A stretch of DNA of 64,000 bases, from IMG/VR virus record IMGVR_UViG_3300049827_000124; one strand, 5' to 3'. The stretch comes from an uncultured virus (IMG/VR IMGVR_UViG_3300049827_000124). Taxonomy: Duplodnaviria; Heunggongvirae; Uroviricota; Caudoviricetes. A model generated the notes under the pieces. The model did no database searches. It saw only the letters and a program-made list of their open reading frames with translations, and was not told the DNA's origin. Each line of letters starts with the position of its first letter. The stretch's first letter is position 1. Below, piece after piece: positions 49,676 through 59,624 of the stretch. A program made the position numbers and the translations under genes.

Positions 49676-50965
49676 TTACACGTTAGGTTGTAACACAACG
49701 TCAGTTGCTTGCTCTTCGTCAGTTGTAATTGCAATTCCAAATGCAGTAGCAAAGTCTGCAGCAGTTGATAATGCAGTTGAAGAACTACCGAAGAATACTT
49801 TCAAAGTGTTAATTTCACCTGCACGAGCAATACCAGTAGAAGCTGGCCAGTCATGCTTGTATTGAATTTCCAACATATCATATGCATATCCAGGTTGAGC
49901 ATAATCAACTTGTGGAGTTGCAAAATACATACGGTTGAAGTTACCATAACGAGCACGTTGAGATTTCTCTGCAGAAATAACTTGAGTGTAGTTAGTACCA
50001 GGAGTAAAACGAGTTGCAGCAACTGTTCCCGGAGGTGTTGCAGTTCCATCAGAGTACTGAGCAATCAAATCAAATTCAACACCTTGGTGACGTGCAGTCA
50101 AAGCTAAAGTAGCTGAACTAGTAGCGTTGTAAGAGAAGATAGAACTCAAAGTTGGGTTAGCCAAAATTGCAGCTTTAGCAAAATCACAAGCAGCAGTAGC
50201 ACTAGCAGTGTTAACACCAGCTGGGATTTCGATGTTGAAGATCATACGACCTGCAGCAAAGTTACCAACCAATGGGAATACTTTAGGAACGTTTGGAAGA
50301 CCAGATGTACCAATAACATCCAAGTTAAGGTTGTTAGGGTTAGCAAAAGACTCGTAGCTAGTAGGAGCAGTACGAAGTGCAATACGAAGCATTACGTTCT
50401 TGGTAGTAACCATAGCAGTACCACCTGCAGGGTTCCAAGTTTGAATTGGATGTTGTTGAACGTCAGATGCAAAACCGTTGTAGTTAATACGAACGATGTT
50501 AGCTACATCAATGATTGGAGTAGAGATAATGTTACCCAAAGTAGATTGAGTAAATTGAACTCTTCTCAAGTCTGTCAAACCAGCTACAGTATACGATCCC
50601 CCAGATACTGCTGCAGTAGCAGTCAGAGCTGCCCCAGACAAATCAGTTGTAGGTGCAGCTGATAATACAAACTGTGTAGCGTTAGTTATGCTACTAACAG
50701 TTGTACCTCCAGGAATTACTCCTGCTCCAGCAGTTTTAACAACAGTCATTCCTGCAACCAATCCAGCAGTGCTTGTTACAGTAACTGTAGTTCCAAGGCT
50801 AGTAGTAGAAGCATTAGCTAAGTTAATTGAAGTTATACCTGCATCAATGTTCCAGATACCAAATCTGCTAGCATTAGCAGTTGCTGCAGAAGTGTTAAAA
50901 TTACTTCCAGTTAACATACTTACGTTGTTAACTACAAATACTTGATTTAAATTAGACGGTCCCAT
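49676..50965 (-). CDS. auxiliary capsid protein-like structural protein
   Basis: 429 aa; position after the ring gene, own terminator, codon style similar to the major capsid gene. Confidence 0.6.
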   Translation of the reverse strand: MGPSNLNQVFVVNNVSMLTGSNFNTSAATANASRFGIWNIDAGITSINLANASTTSLGTTVTVTSTAGLVAGMTVVKTAGAGVIPGGTTVSSITNATQFVLSAAPTTDLSGAALTATAAVSGGSYTVAGLTDLRRVQFTQSTLGNIISTPIIDVANIVRINYNGFASDVQQHPIQTWNPAGGTAMVTTKNVMLRIALRTAPTSYESFANPNNLNLDVIGTSGLPNVPKVFPLVGNFAAGRMIFNIEIPAGVNTASATAACDFAKAAILANPTLSSIFSYNATSSATLALTARHQGVEFDLIAQYSDGTATPPGTVAATRFTPGTNYTQVISAEKSQRARYGNFNRMYFATPQVDYAQPGYAYDMLEIQYKHDWPASTGIARAGEINTLKVFFGSSSTALSTAADFATAFGIAITTDEEQATDVVLQPNV

Positions 50966-51002
50966 TTTTTTAATTTTTAGGGGTTAAACACACATTATTT
51001 AA

Positions 51003-52139
51003 TTATTCACTCTCAAATGTTTCCATTGTTTGAGTTTGATACCTTGGGTCTTGAATACCTTCCAGTATACTTTTTACAGCCATCTCAACTATTTCATGGT
51101 GAGTGTGAACAGCTAATTCACAACCTACTCCATTAGTATATGAGATTTCTACAGGTTTCCGAATGTATTTTATTTTAACACTCGGTACTACAAATTCTTG
51201 ATCGGTGTAAACATCGATGTAATTTTCTTCAATTGTATATGTTGGCTCTTTGTACCAAGCTCTATTGAATGGATCGTCCATCATATACAGAATATCGTCA
51301 TGTTGTCCAAATGATGCTAGAGATATTCTATAGCTTCCTGTTGGATACGTTCTAGTTGTCTTAGTAATTGTTTCAGTTACAGCATGTTGCAAATAAATTG
51401 CACTTGCCATGTTTCCTGGTAAAATCCAAGTTGATTGTACTGAAACAGGATTTCCACTTCCCCAAATTGTACCGTCCCAAGAGTTATTAACTAAATAAAC
51501 TTGGTTGCTATCTAAGTATGGGTTTTGTTGAGAAGTTGCCCCAGCTGTTCCTTCAGGGAAAGACATTGCAGGTCTTATACCGAAGTTATAGTTGTTGCTA
51601 TCATACAGCTGATCTGTTGTAATAGTTTCCCCGATAGGAAGATTCATTATTCCTTCCCATTCTGCCATTGAACTGCTCCATCTGTCAAAGGTAGTTAATA
51701 CATACCCAGGTGCAGGAGGAGTTAAATCAATTCTAACACCACTTACTACGTTAGTTTGTGGTACTATTAAGCTTTGAATGTTTACATTACATGTGTAATA
51801 AACATTAGCTCTTACTGATATTAAAAACAAATAGTCTAGTGGCAGGGTATACCTGTCCACATAGACATTTGAATAATTTGAAGTATAGACAAGACCTTCA
51901 CTTGCAGTAGCACCTGAGTTTTCTACTAATAAGTTACGAAGATCGTCTATTCTTTTCTGTGACTGCTCGAAACCTTTCCCCAAACGATTAGACGTGTAGT
52001 TGAATCTTTGCTTGATGAATCTCATCATAGCAAGGTTTAACTCATGGTCTATCTCCTGAGGTAACAAGTTATCAACCTGGAAGGATGCAATTTTTTGCAC
52101 CCCTTGGTTGACAGCTATATGCATTTCGTTAACAGTCAT
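51003..52139 (-). CDS. tail ring protein (R3-like)
   Basis: MTVNEMH...LPQEIDHELN...GFEQSQKRIDDLRNL...YIRKP...CEL..HTHHEIVEMAV pattern. Confidence 0.75.
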   Translation of the reverse strand: MTVNEMHIAVNQGVQKIASFQVDNLLPQEIDHELNLAMMRFIKQRFNYTSNRLGKGFEQSQKRIDDLRNLLVENSGATASEGLVYTSNYSNVYVDRYTLPLDYLFLISVRANVYYTCNVNIQSLIVPQTNVVSGVRIDLTPPAPGYVLTTFDRWSSSMAEWEGIMNLPIGETITTDQLYDSNNYNFGIRPAMSFPEGTAGATSQQNPYLDSNQVYLVNNSWDGTIWGSGNPVSVQSTWILPGNMASAIYLQHAVTETITKTTRTYPTGSYRISLASFGQHDDILYMMDDPFNRAWYKEPTYTIEENYIDVYTDQEFVVPSVKIKYIRKPVEISYTNGVGCELAVHTHHEIVEMAVKSILEGIQDPRYQTQTMETFESE

Positions 52140-52152
52140 TGACTAGTTAGTT

Positions 52153-52959
52153 TTAGTGTTGTACTTCTTTCAAACGAGCTCTCATAGTATTCACTGCTCC
52201 AGAGTTCTTCTTGTTTTTGAAGTAGATGATTGTATCCTTAATATCCTCTCCCAAAGTCTCGTCTTCAAAGATAACTTGATTTCCGATTCTTCTAAGCACA
52301 GATTGCTCAATCATTTCTTCAATTTCTGCACGTAGTTCTAGATCTGCATCTAAAGCATAACGTAAGAATCTTTCTGGACTAGCTTCTTTAAGCTCGTACA
52401 AATTGTTTTCGAGTTCAATTTCAGACAATCTTGAAGGATCTCCTGAAGTTAATACTCTTGTAATTGCTCTCATCTTGTCGAAGTTTCCAGTAAGCTTGAT
52501 AAATTCCTTATCAGCATCCTTTTTAACTTGGACTCTAGCATGTTTCTTCAACAAGTCTTTAGCTGGATCGTAGATGTAGAATCTCTTTTCAGAGTTGCTT
52601 CTCATCTCTTCCTCGTTTGCTGCAACTTGTCTATGCTTTCTACACCATTGGTAATGAATAAAATCCATTACATTCTCCGGCATTCCATTTTCATCTGTGT
52701 CAATATTTAGCTCAACTCCTTCGAAAGGAACTTTTAATGCTAAACTTGCCCAGAAGTCTTTGGTCTTCTCTGGCCATTTCTCATGTCCAGGTGGTACGTC
52801 AATTACTTTTGCAAGAATTTTGTTTTCTTCTTCTCCATCCAATCCTTTGAGTGGCTGACGGTTCACATAAATTGAACCGATTTTGATCTTTGCTCCTGCT
52901 CGGATCTCTTTTGGTAAGTGGTTTAAAACCTCTAACCTTCTGATAATAACTGTCTTCAT
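52153..52959 (-). CDS. conserved crAss-like protein downstream of the major capsid gene
   Basis: 268 aa; position in the capsid module; function unknown. Confidence 0.65.
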   Translation of the reverse strand: MKTVIIRRLEVLNHLPKEIRAGAKIKIGSIYVNRQPLKGLDGEEENKILAKVIDVPPGHEKWPEKTKDFWASLALKVPFEGVELNIDTDENGMPENVMDFIHYQWCRKHRQVAANEEEMRSNSEKRFYIYDPAKDLLKKHARVQVKKDADKEFIKLTGNFDKMRAITRVLTSGDPSRLSEIELENNLYELKEASPERFLRYALDADLELRAEIEEMIEQSVLRRIGNQVIFEDETLGEDIKDTIIYFKNKKNSGAVNTMRARLKEVQH

Positions 52960-53032
52960 TTTTTTTATTGTTCTTTTTGTTTTAGTAAGTATTAGGGGAA
53001 AGAATAACCTAATATTTTAAAGCTATAAAGAT

Positions 53033-53064
53033 AAAAAGGAGCAGGCAGAACCTGCCCCTTTTTT
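53033..53064 (-). terminator. intrinsic terminator after the major capsid gene
   Basis: Plus strand AAAAAGGAGCAGG-CAGAA-CCTGCCCCTTTTTT. Confidence 0.8.
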
Positions 53065-53083
53065 AGTGCAAACCAAACACAAA

Positions 53084-54505
53084 TTACGATGCAATACACT
53101 TAAGATCTAAGCTTGTATCGAAACGACGAAGTAAGATACCAGCAGTCTTAAGCATATGAACAGATGCACCGTCTATATCACTAGCACGGCTATCGTTAGC
53201 AGTAAATCCTTTTGGAACTACTGAACCAGCAACACACCAACGAAGTAACTCACGACCTTTTTTATTGATCATTTGCAAGTTGTTTTCTCCGTCATAAGTT
53301 GATTGGTCAACGAATACCATACGGTAAGATTCAAGTGGAAGACCTGATACTGGGTGCTTCATAGAAGCTTGAGCAACAGGACCGTGATCAAACAAGTGAG
53401 ACTTAACTACATTCACTGAGTAACCATCAACGTGTTGGTAGCTAGTGAAGTAACCGGTGATTCCCAAGTTACGACCAGATCCAGTGATGAAGTATGGTTG
53501 AGTTGTTTGTAGGAAAGTGTTAGCACCATAGTAAGACTTAAGAGCTTTGTCAAACTCACGAGCTCCACCAATACCAGTGTAAAGGGTAACTTGCTTGTCT
53601 GTAGCATCAGTCATACCATAGAACAAATCTCCAATTGTTTCTTCAAGTTTAGTTTGAGTCAACGTAGAGTAAGTGTCTTTGTTGATGATTTGCTCAAGAA
53701 GACCAGGACCTGAAATAACTGGCTGACCGTTCTCATCCAACATGGTAGAAGTACCAGATGAATCATGAGTTTTTTGACCGTACCAGTAGTACATTTCACA
53801 CTCTTCTTTGAACTTCAACATGTGACGGTACTCTTCGTAATCCATCCACAACTTAGTTTTGCTACCTTCTTTCAAAGGAAGTTCGAATTGTGCAACATAG
53901 TCTTTAGCATTTCCAGAGAAGTGGTAAGACTTACGGATAGTTCCAATCTTAGAACGAACTAAACCTGGAGCAGTCCAGTTAGAAGCATTTCCACGAGAGA
54001 AATCTACACCTACGTTAGCATACAATTGACCCCAAAGAGCACCAGCAGTTACATCAGCCAAAGGAACGTTAGCAACGTCAGGAGATACAATTTTCAAAGT
54101 ATACTTCCAACCAGCTCCGTCAATTACAGGCTCATCCATGATACGTGCCAATACACCTGATTGAGAAACAAGAGTGTAAGGGAATACAAACCATTTGTCT
54201 GGGAAAGTGATGAAGAATGGAGCTCCACCTGCACCAGCAGCTGCACCCAATCCAACAACAACAGGACGAACATTAATTTCGTGTGTTTTAACACGGTACT
54301 CATACTCGAAACGATCGATAGATTTAGTGTTTCCAACACCTTCAGTTAAGAAAGACAATGGGAACTTTTTCTCTTCACGACCTGCTAAGTGAGTAATAAT
54401 AGGAGACAACTCCTCTGGACGTTCCATAAGTGCATTAACCAACGAGTTAGTGTCGGTCATTTGACTATCATTATAGTACGTCTTTAAAACTTGCATTACT
54501 GACAT
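53084..54505 (-). CDS. major capsid protein (crAss-type HK97 fold)
   Basis: 473 aa; MTDTNSL..., KEECEMYYWYG, SGPGLLEQI, YTGIGGAREF, YQHVDGYSV, HPVSGLPLESYRMVFVD motifs. Confidence 0.9.
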   Translation of the reverse strand: MSVMQVLKTYYNDSQMTDTNSLVNALMERPEELSPIITHLAGREEKKFPLSFLTEGVGNTKSIDRFEYEYRVKTHEINVRPVVVGLGAAAGAGGAPFFITFPDKWFVFPYTLVSQSGVLARIMDEPVIDGAGWKYTLKIVSPDVANVPLADVTAGALWGQLYANVGVDFSRGNASNWTAPGLVRSKIGTIRKSYHFSGNAKDYVAQFELPLKEGSKTKLWMDYEEYRHMLKFKEECEMYYWYGQKTHDSSGTSTMLDENGQPVISGPGLLEQIINKDTYSTLTQTKLEETIGDLFYGMTDATDKQVTLYTGIGGAREFDKALKSYYGANTFLQTTQPYFITGSGRNLGITGYFTSYQHVDGYSVNVVKSHLFDHGPVAQASMKHPVSGLPLESYRMVFVDQSTYDGENNLQMINKKGRELLRWCVAGSVVPKGFTANDSRASDIDGASVHMLKTAGILLRRFDTSLDLKCIAS

Positions 54506-54533
54506 GATTCTTAGTTTTTAAAGTTAATTTGCG

Positions 54534-55667
54534 TTATTTTTCAAACAGCCTCTTTACATCCAGTTGGTCTGGATCAAATGTTTTTATTTTTCCTTTCTCA
54601 GCCTTTCCGAAATTCTTAATTCTTTCTTGATTGCTTTGAATTTTTTGTCTTAAGTTTTGAGCACTTGCTGTCTTAACTTTTGTTGAGATAATATCACTCA
54701 ACTGTAGTTTCTTATACATCAAGTAGTCCAATGCTAATTTAGCTTCCATTTCTGCAGAAGCATAGTCAACGTCTCTTTTAGTACGTCCCTGCTTATCTAC
54801 AGGCTTAGAGATGTAGTCAAAGAATTTTGCTTTTTCACGATCTGGAATTTTAATCCCAGCAAATTCTTTTCCTTGCTCAATTGTAGCTGCAACATTCTCC
54901 CAAAACTCTTCAGTTTGCTCTTGTTGTTGCTTTTGCAATTCTCTTTGACGAGCTACAATCTCTTCTCTTTCTTTAGCTTGTCCAGCTGCAAGATGTTTTT
55001 GAGCATTCAAAGCTCTGTCGTATAATTTACCAGAGTCTTCGTAATCCTCAATCATATCTTTGATGAAATCATCATCATGTCCTTTCTCTCTTAAGTATTC
55101 CGTTAAGAAACCTTTTTGAGTTCTAGCATCATCTCTGTCAATTTCAACTTGGCTATAATCCAATGCTGGATTGTAAGTTTGGAAGAATTTGTCAGGATCT
55201 CCACCAGCAAGAACATAATCAAGATGTTTCTGTACAGTAGGGAACTGCTCAAACAATGCTTGAAGTTGATCTTCTGCAATCTCTTTAGCAACGTCTTTAG
55301 TAAATTCTGCTAACCCTTCTTCAGTATCAGCATACTCTTTATCTAATTCGTAGCCTAAAGCTTTTGCAATTGAATCTGTGATAGAACCTTCACCGTCATC
55401 CTCAATGTCATCATCATCTACTTCATCATCAGAGTCATCAAAGACTCCTTTCTTAGTAGACGATTTACGAGGTGCAGGATCATTGTCCTCATCATCTTCA
55501 TCATCATTGTTATTATCATCGATGTCGTCATCTTGATCTTCAAGATCGTCATCATTTTCAATGTTTTCAGCTTTATCCTCTTTTGGATCAGCTGCCTCAA
55601 GACCATCACCAATAAAGTCGTCGAAAGTGATGTCTGAGAAATCTAATTTGTCGTTTGGTTTACTCAT
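54534..55667 (-). CDS. putative scaffolding protein (very acidic N-terminus)
   Basis: D/E-rich tract then coiled coil; directly upstream of the capsid gene; ATG 55667 (MSKPND) follows a -7 box. Confidence 0.7.
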   Translation of the reverse strand: MSKPNDKLDFSDITFDDFIGDGLEAADPKEDKAENIENDDDLEDQDDDIDDNNNDDEDDEDNDPAPRKSSTKKGVFDDSDDEVDDDDIEDDGEGSITDSIAKALGYELDKEYADTEEGLAEFTKDVAKEIAEDQLQALFEQFPTVQKHLDYVLAGGDPDKFFQTYNPALDYSQVEIDRDDARTQKGFLTEYLREKGHDDDFIKDMIEDYEDSGKLYDRALNAQKHLAAGQAKEREEIVARQRELQKQQQEQTEEFWENVAATIEQGKEFAGIKIPDREKAKFFDYISKPVDKQGRTKRDVDYASAEMEAKLALDYLMYKKLQLSDIISTKVKTASAQNLRQKIQSNQERIKNFGKAEKGKIKTFDPDQLDVKRLFEK

Positions 55668-55672
55668 AGATA

Positions 55673-55744
55673 CAAAGTTATTACTTGTTTTCAATCAAAA
55701 AGCATAAATTTTATTTTTATACTTTGCTTTATTATATCACACTC
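55673..55744 (-). promoter_or_regulatory. late promoter: 17-bp upstream element plus -7 box TAACTTTG
   Basis: GAGTGTGATATAATAAA (55744-55728) ... TAACTTTG (55680-55673)-TATCT-ATG. Confidence 0.65.
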
Positions 55745-56978
55745 GTCGTTTTCTGCCTACACAAGTGTAACATATTGGGCCTCCTAATTTTTTAAAAGTA
55801 GGTTTATAGTTAGGCCCGTATTTATCCCACCCTTTTAAAAATCTTTGGTATTCTTCTTCCTCTGTATTATGCTTTGCAGATCCTGCTTTATTATATACAT
55901 TGTAATGATAGTTAAATACTTCCTTAGGGTTATTTGGATTTGGTTCTCCTAATTTACTTGTTTCTTTATAATATAACTTAGAAGCTAAAAGAGCTGCTTT
56001 AGGATCATCTTCTCTTAGAGCTTTTTCTAATTGCTGCCTGTTATTGTATCCGTTTCTTTCTAGTATATCTAAGACCTCTTTCTGCTTTGTCATATATCTA
56101 CCTTTATCTCCTTTCGGAATATAGAAGTCATCTAAAGCAGTTTTATCTAACGACATAAAAGAATTTGTGTACCTTCGATTGTAGGCTTTTGGATTATTTC
56201 CATATGTACTTTCCATCCAGGCTGTCATTCTCATAGGAACTTCTGCCCCTGGTTTAAATGTTGGATCATGATACTTTAAGTATTCTATTCCATAGTCTAT
56301 CTGATCTTGCTTATTAAGATTTTTCCAATCGTAATTTGCTAATTCATTTTGTTTATTTCGAATAGCTTCATCAGCAACTTTATTTGTTAATTCTGAGACT
56401 ACTGGAATTTTTTGAAAACTTTCAGGAATTACTTGTTTTTTTATGTTCTCAGTGAGACCTTTTATATCATTAAAAGTTGATTTGTTTTTACCATACCCCC
56501 AATTAGATGCTTTATATTCTTCTATAGAATTATGGCCCATAGCTTTTGCTTTTGCAAATAGTTCTGGATTTTCACTAAATTTTATAGCATCTTCAATTGG
56601 ACCTCCTTCTTTATACTTAAATCCACCAGTAGCAAATATAGCTCTGCCTTGATTGGGACCTGATTGCCCTGATACCATACCCATTGGAGAATTCTGTGAT
56701 TGAACTCCTATTGGAGCAGGAGGCTGTGGAGGAGTAAAGTTAGGGGCAGGAGTTGGGGAACTAGGAATAGCAGGTATTTGTGGACCCTGCTGCATCTGTT
56801 GTTGAGGCATTTGCATAGGCATTTGCTCTTGCTGCATTTGCTGCAATTGCATTTGCTGCTCATATTCTCCAATTAAATCTTTACCTTGGTTGTAGTTAGC
56901 AAAGACATCTAATATGCTGCCAGGATATCCAACAGCTCTTGCTCTATACAGTAGCTCTTTCCTAGTAGCGTTATCCAT
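55737..56978 (-). CDS. putative virion protein with Q/P-rich linker and lysozyme/transglycosylase-like domain
   Basis: QQMQ repeats; TAWMESTYG (candidate catalytic Glu)...SFMSL...ALLASKLYY...YNVYN. Confidence 0.5.
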   Translation of the reverse strand: MDNATRKELLYRARAVGYPGSILDVFANYNQGKDLIGEYEQQMQLQQMQQEQMPMQMPQQQMQQGPQIPAIPSSPTPAPNFTPPQPPAPIGVQSQNSPMGMVSGQSGPNQGRAIFATGGFKYKEGGPIEDAIKFSENPELFAKAKAMGHNSIEEYKASNWGYGKNKSTFNDIKGLTENIKKQVIPESFQKIPVVSELTNKVADEAIRNKQNELANYDWKNLNKQDQIDYGIEYLKYHDPTFKPGAEVPMRMTAWMESTYGNNPKAYNRRYTNSFMSLDKTALDDFYIPKGDKGRYMTKQKEVLDILERNGYNNRQQLEKALREDDPKAALLASKLYYKETSKLGEPNPNNPKEVFNYHYNVYNKAGSAKHNTEEEEYQRFLKGWDKYGPNYKPTFKKLGGPICYTCVGRKRRV

Positions 56979-56983
56979 AAGAT

Positions 56984-57409
56984 TTATGATAAGAATTTAA
57001 GCTTATACTTAGCTGAGTTTAAAGTAGACTTAATAGCATCTAAATCATTTACAATTTCTGTGTAAGGCACAGCATCTTGTAATTTAGAAATTTTAGAATG
57101 AAGTTCTTCAATGTAACTAATTGCTTCTTTAACACTTGACATTGCAGGGGCACAAACATTTGCTGGCATATCTGCAGGATACTTTGGGATCTCTCCAGTT
57201 GCACCTTGATAGCCTTCTGCAATATTATCTGCAAGTCCTGGCAATGCATCATACAATTCGTTAAGGGCTTTATGGGCAGCATAGCTTCCAGGTCCTGTAA
57301 TTGTTAAGTGTAGGATGTGGAACTTAGTCGATGCATCCATTAATTCTACTACTAAGCCTGGCACGGTTACTTTACCTTTAGCTGAGGCTACTTTGTCCAT
57401 GTACTTCAT
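56984..57409 (-). CDS. ferritin/Dps-like four-helix protein
   Basis: HILHL...SYAAHKALNELYD...ADNIAEGYQG...YKLKFL. Confidence 0.75.
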   Translation of the reverse strand: MKYMDKVASAKGKVTVPGLVVELMDASTKFHILHLTITGPGSYAAHKALNELYDALPGLADNIAEGYQGATGEIPKYPADMPANVCAPAMSSVKEAISYIEELHSKISKLQDAVPYTEIVNDLDAIKSTLNSAKYKLKFLS

Positions 57410-59619
57410 TATTCTGAAATTTGTGAGTTAGCTTTAATATCTAAATCTCTTTCTTTTAAAGCTAACTCTTGTTGTTTAATTTGGAAGTCTTGCATCATTT
57501 TTTCTAATGTTGCACTAGATGATTTATCAGCAGCTTCAGCTCCAATTAATGCCACTTCAATTTGAAGTTGACGATCTTTTTCTTTATCTAAAGCTGCTTG
57601 TTGGATAGCTTGTTGTTGAACTTGAAGTTTAGCCTGCTCTTGCTCTTGCATAGCTTGGTCTTGAGCTTTCTTAAGTTCTTCTTGAGCTTTCTCAGCTTGA
57701 ATGATTTTATCTTTAATTTGACTCAAGCTATCTGATTCGTACATAGCAATTGCTGCAGAAAGTGGAAGACCGTTCTGAACTGCTGCCTGAGCTAGTCCCT
57801 CAATCTTCTGTTTCTTATCAATGTCTTTACCTGCATCAGATACAAAGATTCCATATTCACTTTCCATATGAGTAATTGGGTCAATATCCAATTCATCAAA
57901 TGATCCGTCAGGCATTACGTACGTTGCTTTTTTACCGTTAAGCCAAGCTTCTTTCGAATAGTCAAGTAAACCCTGTAGTTCTCTCTGCTCAAAGTTAGAG
58001 AACTTACGGAAGATATCTTCAGTAATGTGAGAAGATTGAACAATGGATTGCTGGGATGTGGCTTTTCCTTCATAAGTCCCCATTTGCCCTTGTCTCTGTC
58101 TTGTTACCCCGGAAAGTTTTTCCCATTCTAACATGATAGACTCAAGGAGAGTTAAGTATTGTGATATGGTCTTAATTGACATATCTAATACTGACTGGTG
58201 TTGAGGAGACAATTGAATTCCTTCTTTGTTGTAATCAACCCAAGCAATACCTGTACCTTCTACATAGTGCATGAACTTATCCATGTCCCAGTTTTTAGGG
58301 ATCATGTTAATATCAAACTGAGCTACAATGTCTTTACTTCTAGCAATTGCTAATTCGAGACGGTACTTATAGATGTTATAATTAAGCTGATACGGAATAC
58401 CAAGGCTGATCAACGACACGTTCTGTGAGTTGATGTCTGAGTATTTTCTTCCGTTAATCGGAAGTTTGCAAATCGATGGGTTGTCTAAACTGTTTCTTTG
58501 GTTAACGTAAGGTCTCATTTTAATATAGTACAGACCGTCAATACGTGTACCCTCCCAAACTTCGTTAACCCATTCCCACTCCATTTTGGCCCCAAGATCT
58601 TTTAACTCTTTTGGGAGTTTGTATTCTTCATCAACATCAAATGTTTCTTGATTGCCAGTGTTTGGATCGTTGTAAGTTACAAATCCAACTCTCTTTCTTG
58701 ACTTCCAATAAACCGTTACAACTTCTACAAGTCGGTTACGGTAAATGTTATCATCAGCTCCAGCTGCTTCTGCACGATAAAGTAAGTAAGCTTGTGCTGC
58801 TGTATGTGTTGGAGTTTCTAATTGAAGAATTTGATCGTCAGTTAAAAAGTCTCCTAGATTGTCTATGATTGTAGAAGCATGTGCATACTTTCTAAGAATA
58901 GCCCAGTCACCATCTTCTACGAAGTCAATGTCTGGATCTTTATCAAAGTCGACATCTAATGGGTTAATAACTTCGTAGAAAGGTTCATTACGACGTACCC
59001 CTTTATGTGAGTAGCATTCCCCAGTTACTAAGAAGTGGAAGAATTGCTTTTGTAATTTGTCGTAAAACTCTGTGAAGTACATAATGTAGTTTAAAGCAGC
59101 CTGCCCTCTGATTGCTCTAGAGTCTACATAACTTCTATTGAATTCTTCTTGTATTTGCTTTGGAAGTGGAGGCTCTTCAGCTTCCATTCCTTCAGGTAAT
59201 TGCCCTTGTTTAGCTAACTCACTTAAGAACTTTGCTTTAATGTTTGTAAGCATTAATTGCTTAAGTGTCTCTTCTTTGATGCTAATCGAATCAGAGTTTT
59301 GCACTGTAACAGTAAACTCTAATGGACGTTTAGATTTTTCTCCTAATAGAAGATCGATAACTGGCTTGATGATAGGATAGTTACGTAGCTTAGATGGAAA
59401 ATTCTTTCTAGTCTTTCCGTAAGGTTTAAGTACGTAGTTGTAATCCTCTTCATCAATTACACCATTGTAATAATCGTAAAGAGATTTAAGATATGTACGA
59501 CGTTCACTAATACCAAACTTAGAAAGATTGATAAATGCATCTACACATGATTTCTGCCATGCCTCATTTTTTTGAGACAATGGGATTCGTTGTTTTGGGA
59601 TATGGGCTTGTCCGTACAT
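57409..59619 (-). CDS. portal protein
   Basis: 736 aa; PKQRIP..K...W, NYPII.P.IDLLLGE, YWKS, WVNEVWEG, SGVTRQRQG motifs; downstream of terminase. Confidence 0.9.
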   Translation of the reverse strand: MYGQAHIPKQRIPLSQKNEAWQKSCVDAFINLSKFGISERRTYLKSLYDYYNGVIDEEDYNYVLKPYGKTRKNFPSKLRNYPIIKPVIDLLLGEKSKRPLEFTVTVQNSDSISIKEETLKQLMLTNIKAKFLSELAKQGQLPEGMEAEEPPLPKQIQEEFNRSYVDSRAIRGQAALNYIMYFTEFYDKLQKQFFHFLVTGECYSHKGVRRNEPFYEVINPLDVDFDKDPDIDFVEDGDWAILRKYAHASTIIDNLGDFLTDDQILQLETPTHTAAQAYLLYRAEAAGADDNIYRNRLVEVVTVYWKSRKRVGFVTYNDPNTGNQETFDVDEEYKLPKELKDLGAKMEWEWVNEVWEGTRIDGLYYIKMRPYVNQRNSLDNPSICKLPINGRKYSDINSQNVSLISLGIPYQLNYNIYKYRLELAIARSKDIVAQFDINMIPKNWDMDKFMHYVEGTGIAWVDYNKEGIQLSPQHQSVLDMSIKTISQYLTLLESIMLEWEKLSGVTRQRQGQMGTYEGKATSQQSIVQSSHITEDIFRKFSNFEQRELQGLLDYSKEAWLNGKKATYVMPDGSFDELDIDPITHMESEYGIFVSDAGKDIDKKQKIEGLAQAAVQNGLPLSAAIAMYESDSLSQIKDKIIQAEKAQEELKKAQDQAMQEQEQAKLQVQQQAIQQAALDKEKDRQLQIEVALIGAEAADKSSSATLEKMMQDFQIKQQELALKERDLDIKANSQISE

Positions 59620-59624
59620 TAATA

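Noticed and set aside
55390..55560. TCA/TCG-rich trinucleotide-like repeat
   Set aside because: Simply encodes the Asp-rich tract of the scaffold protein.
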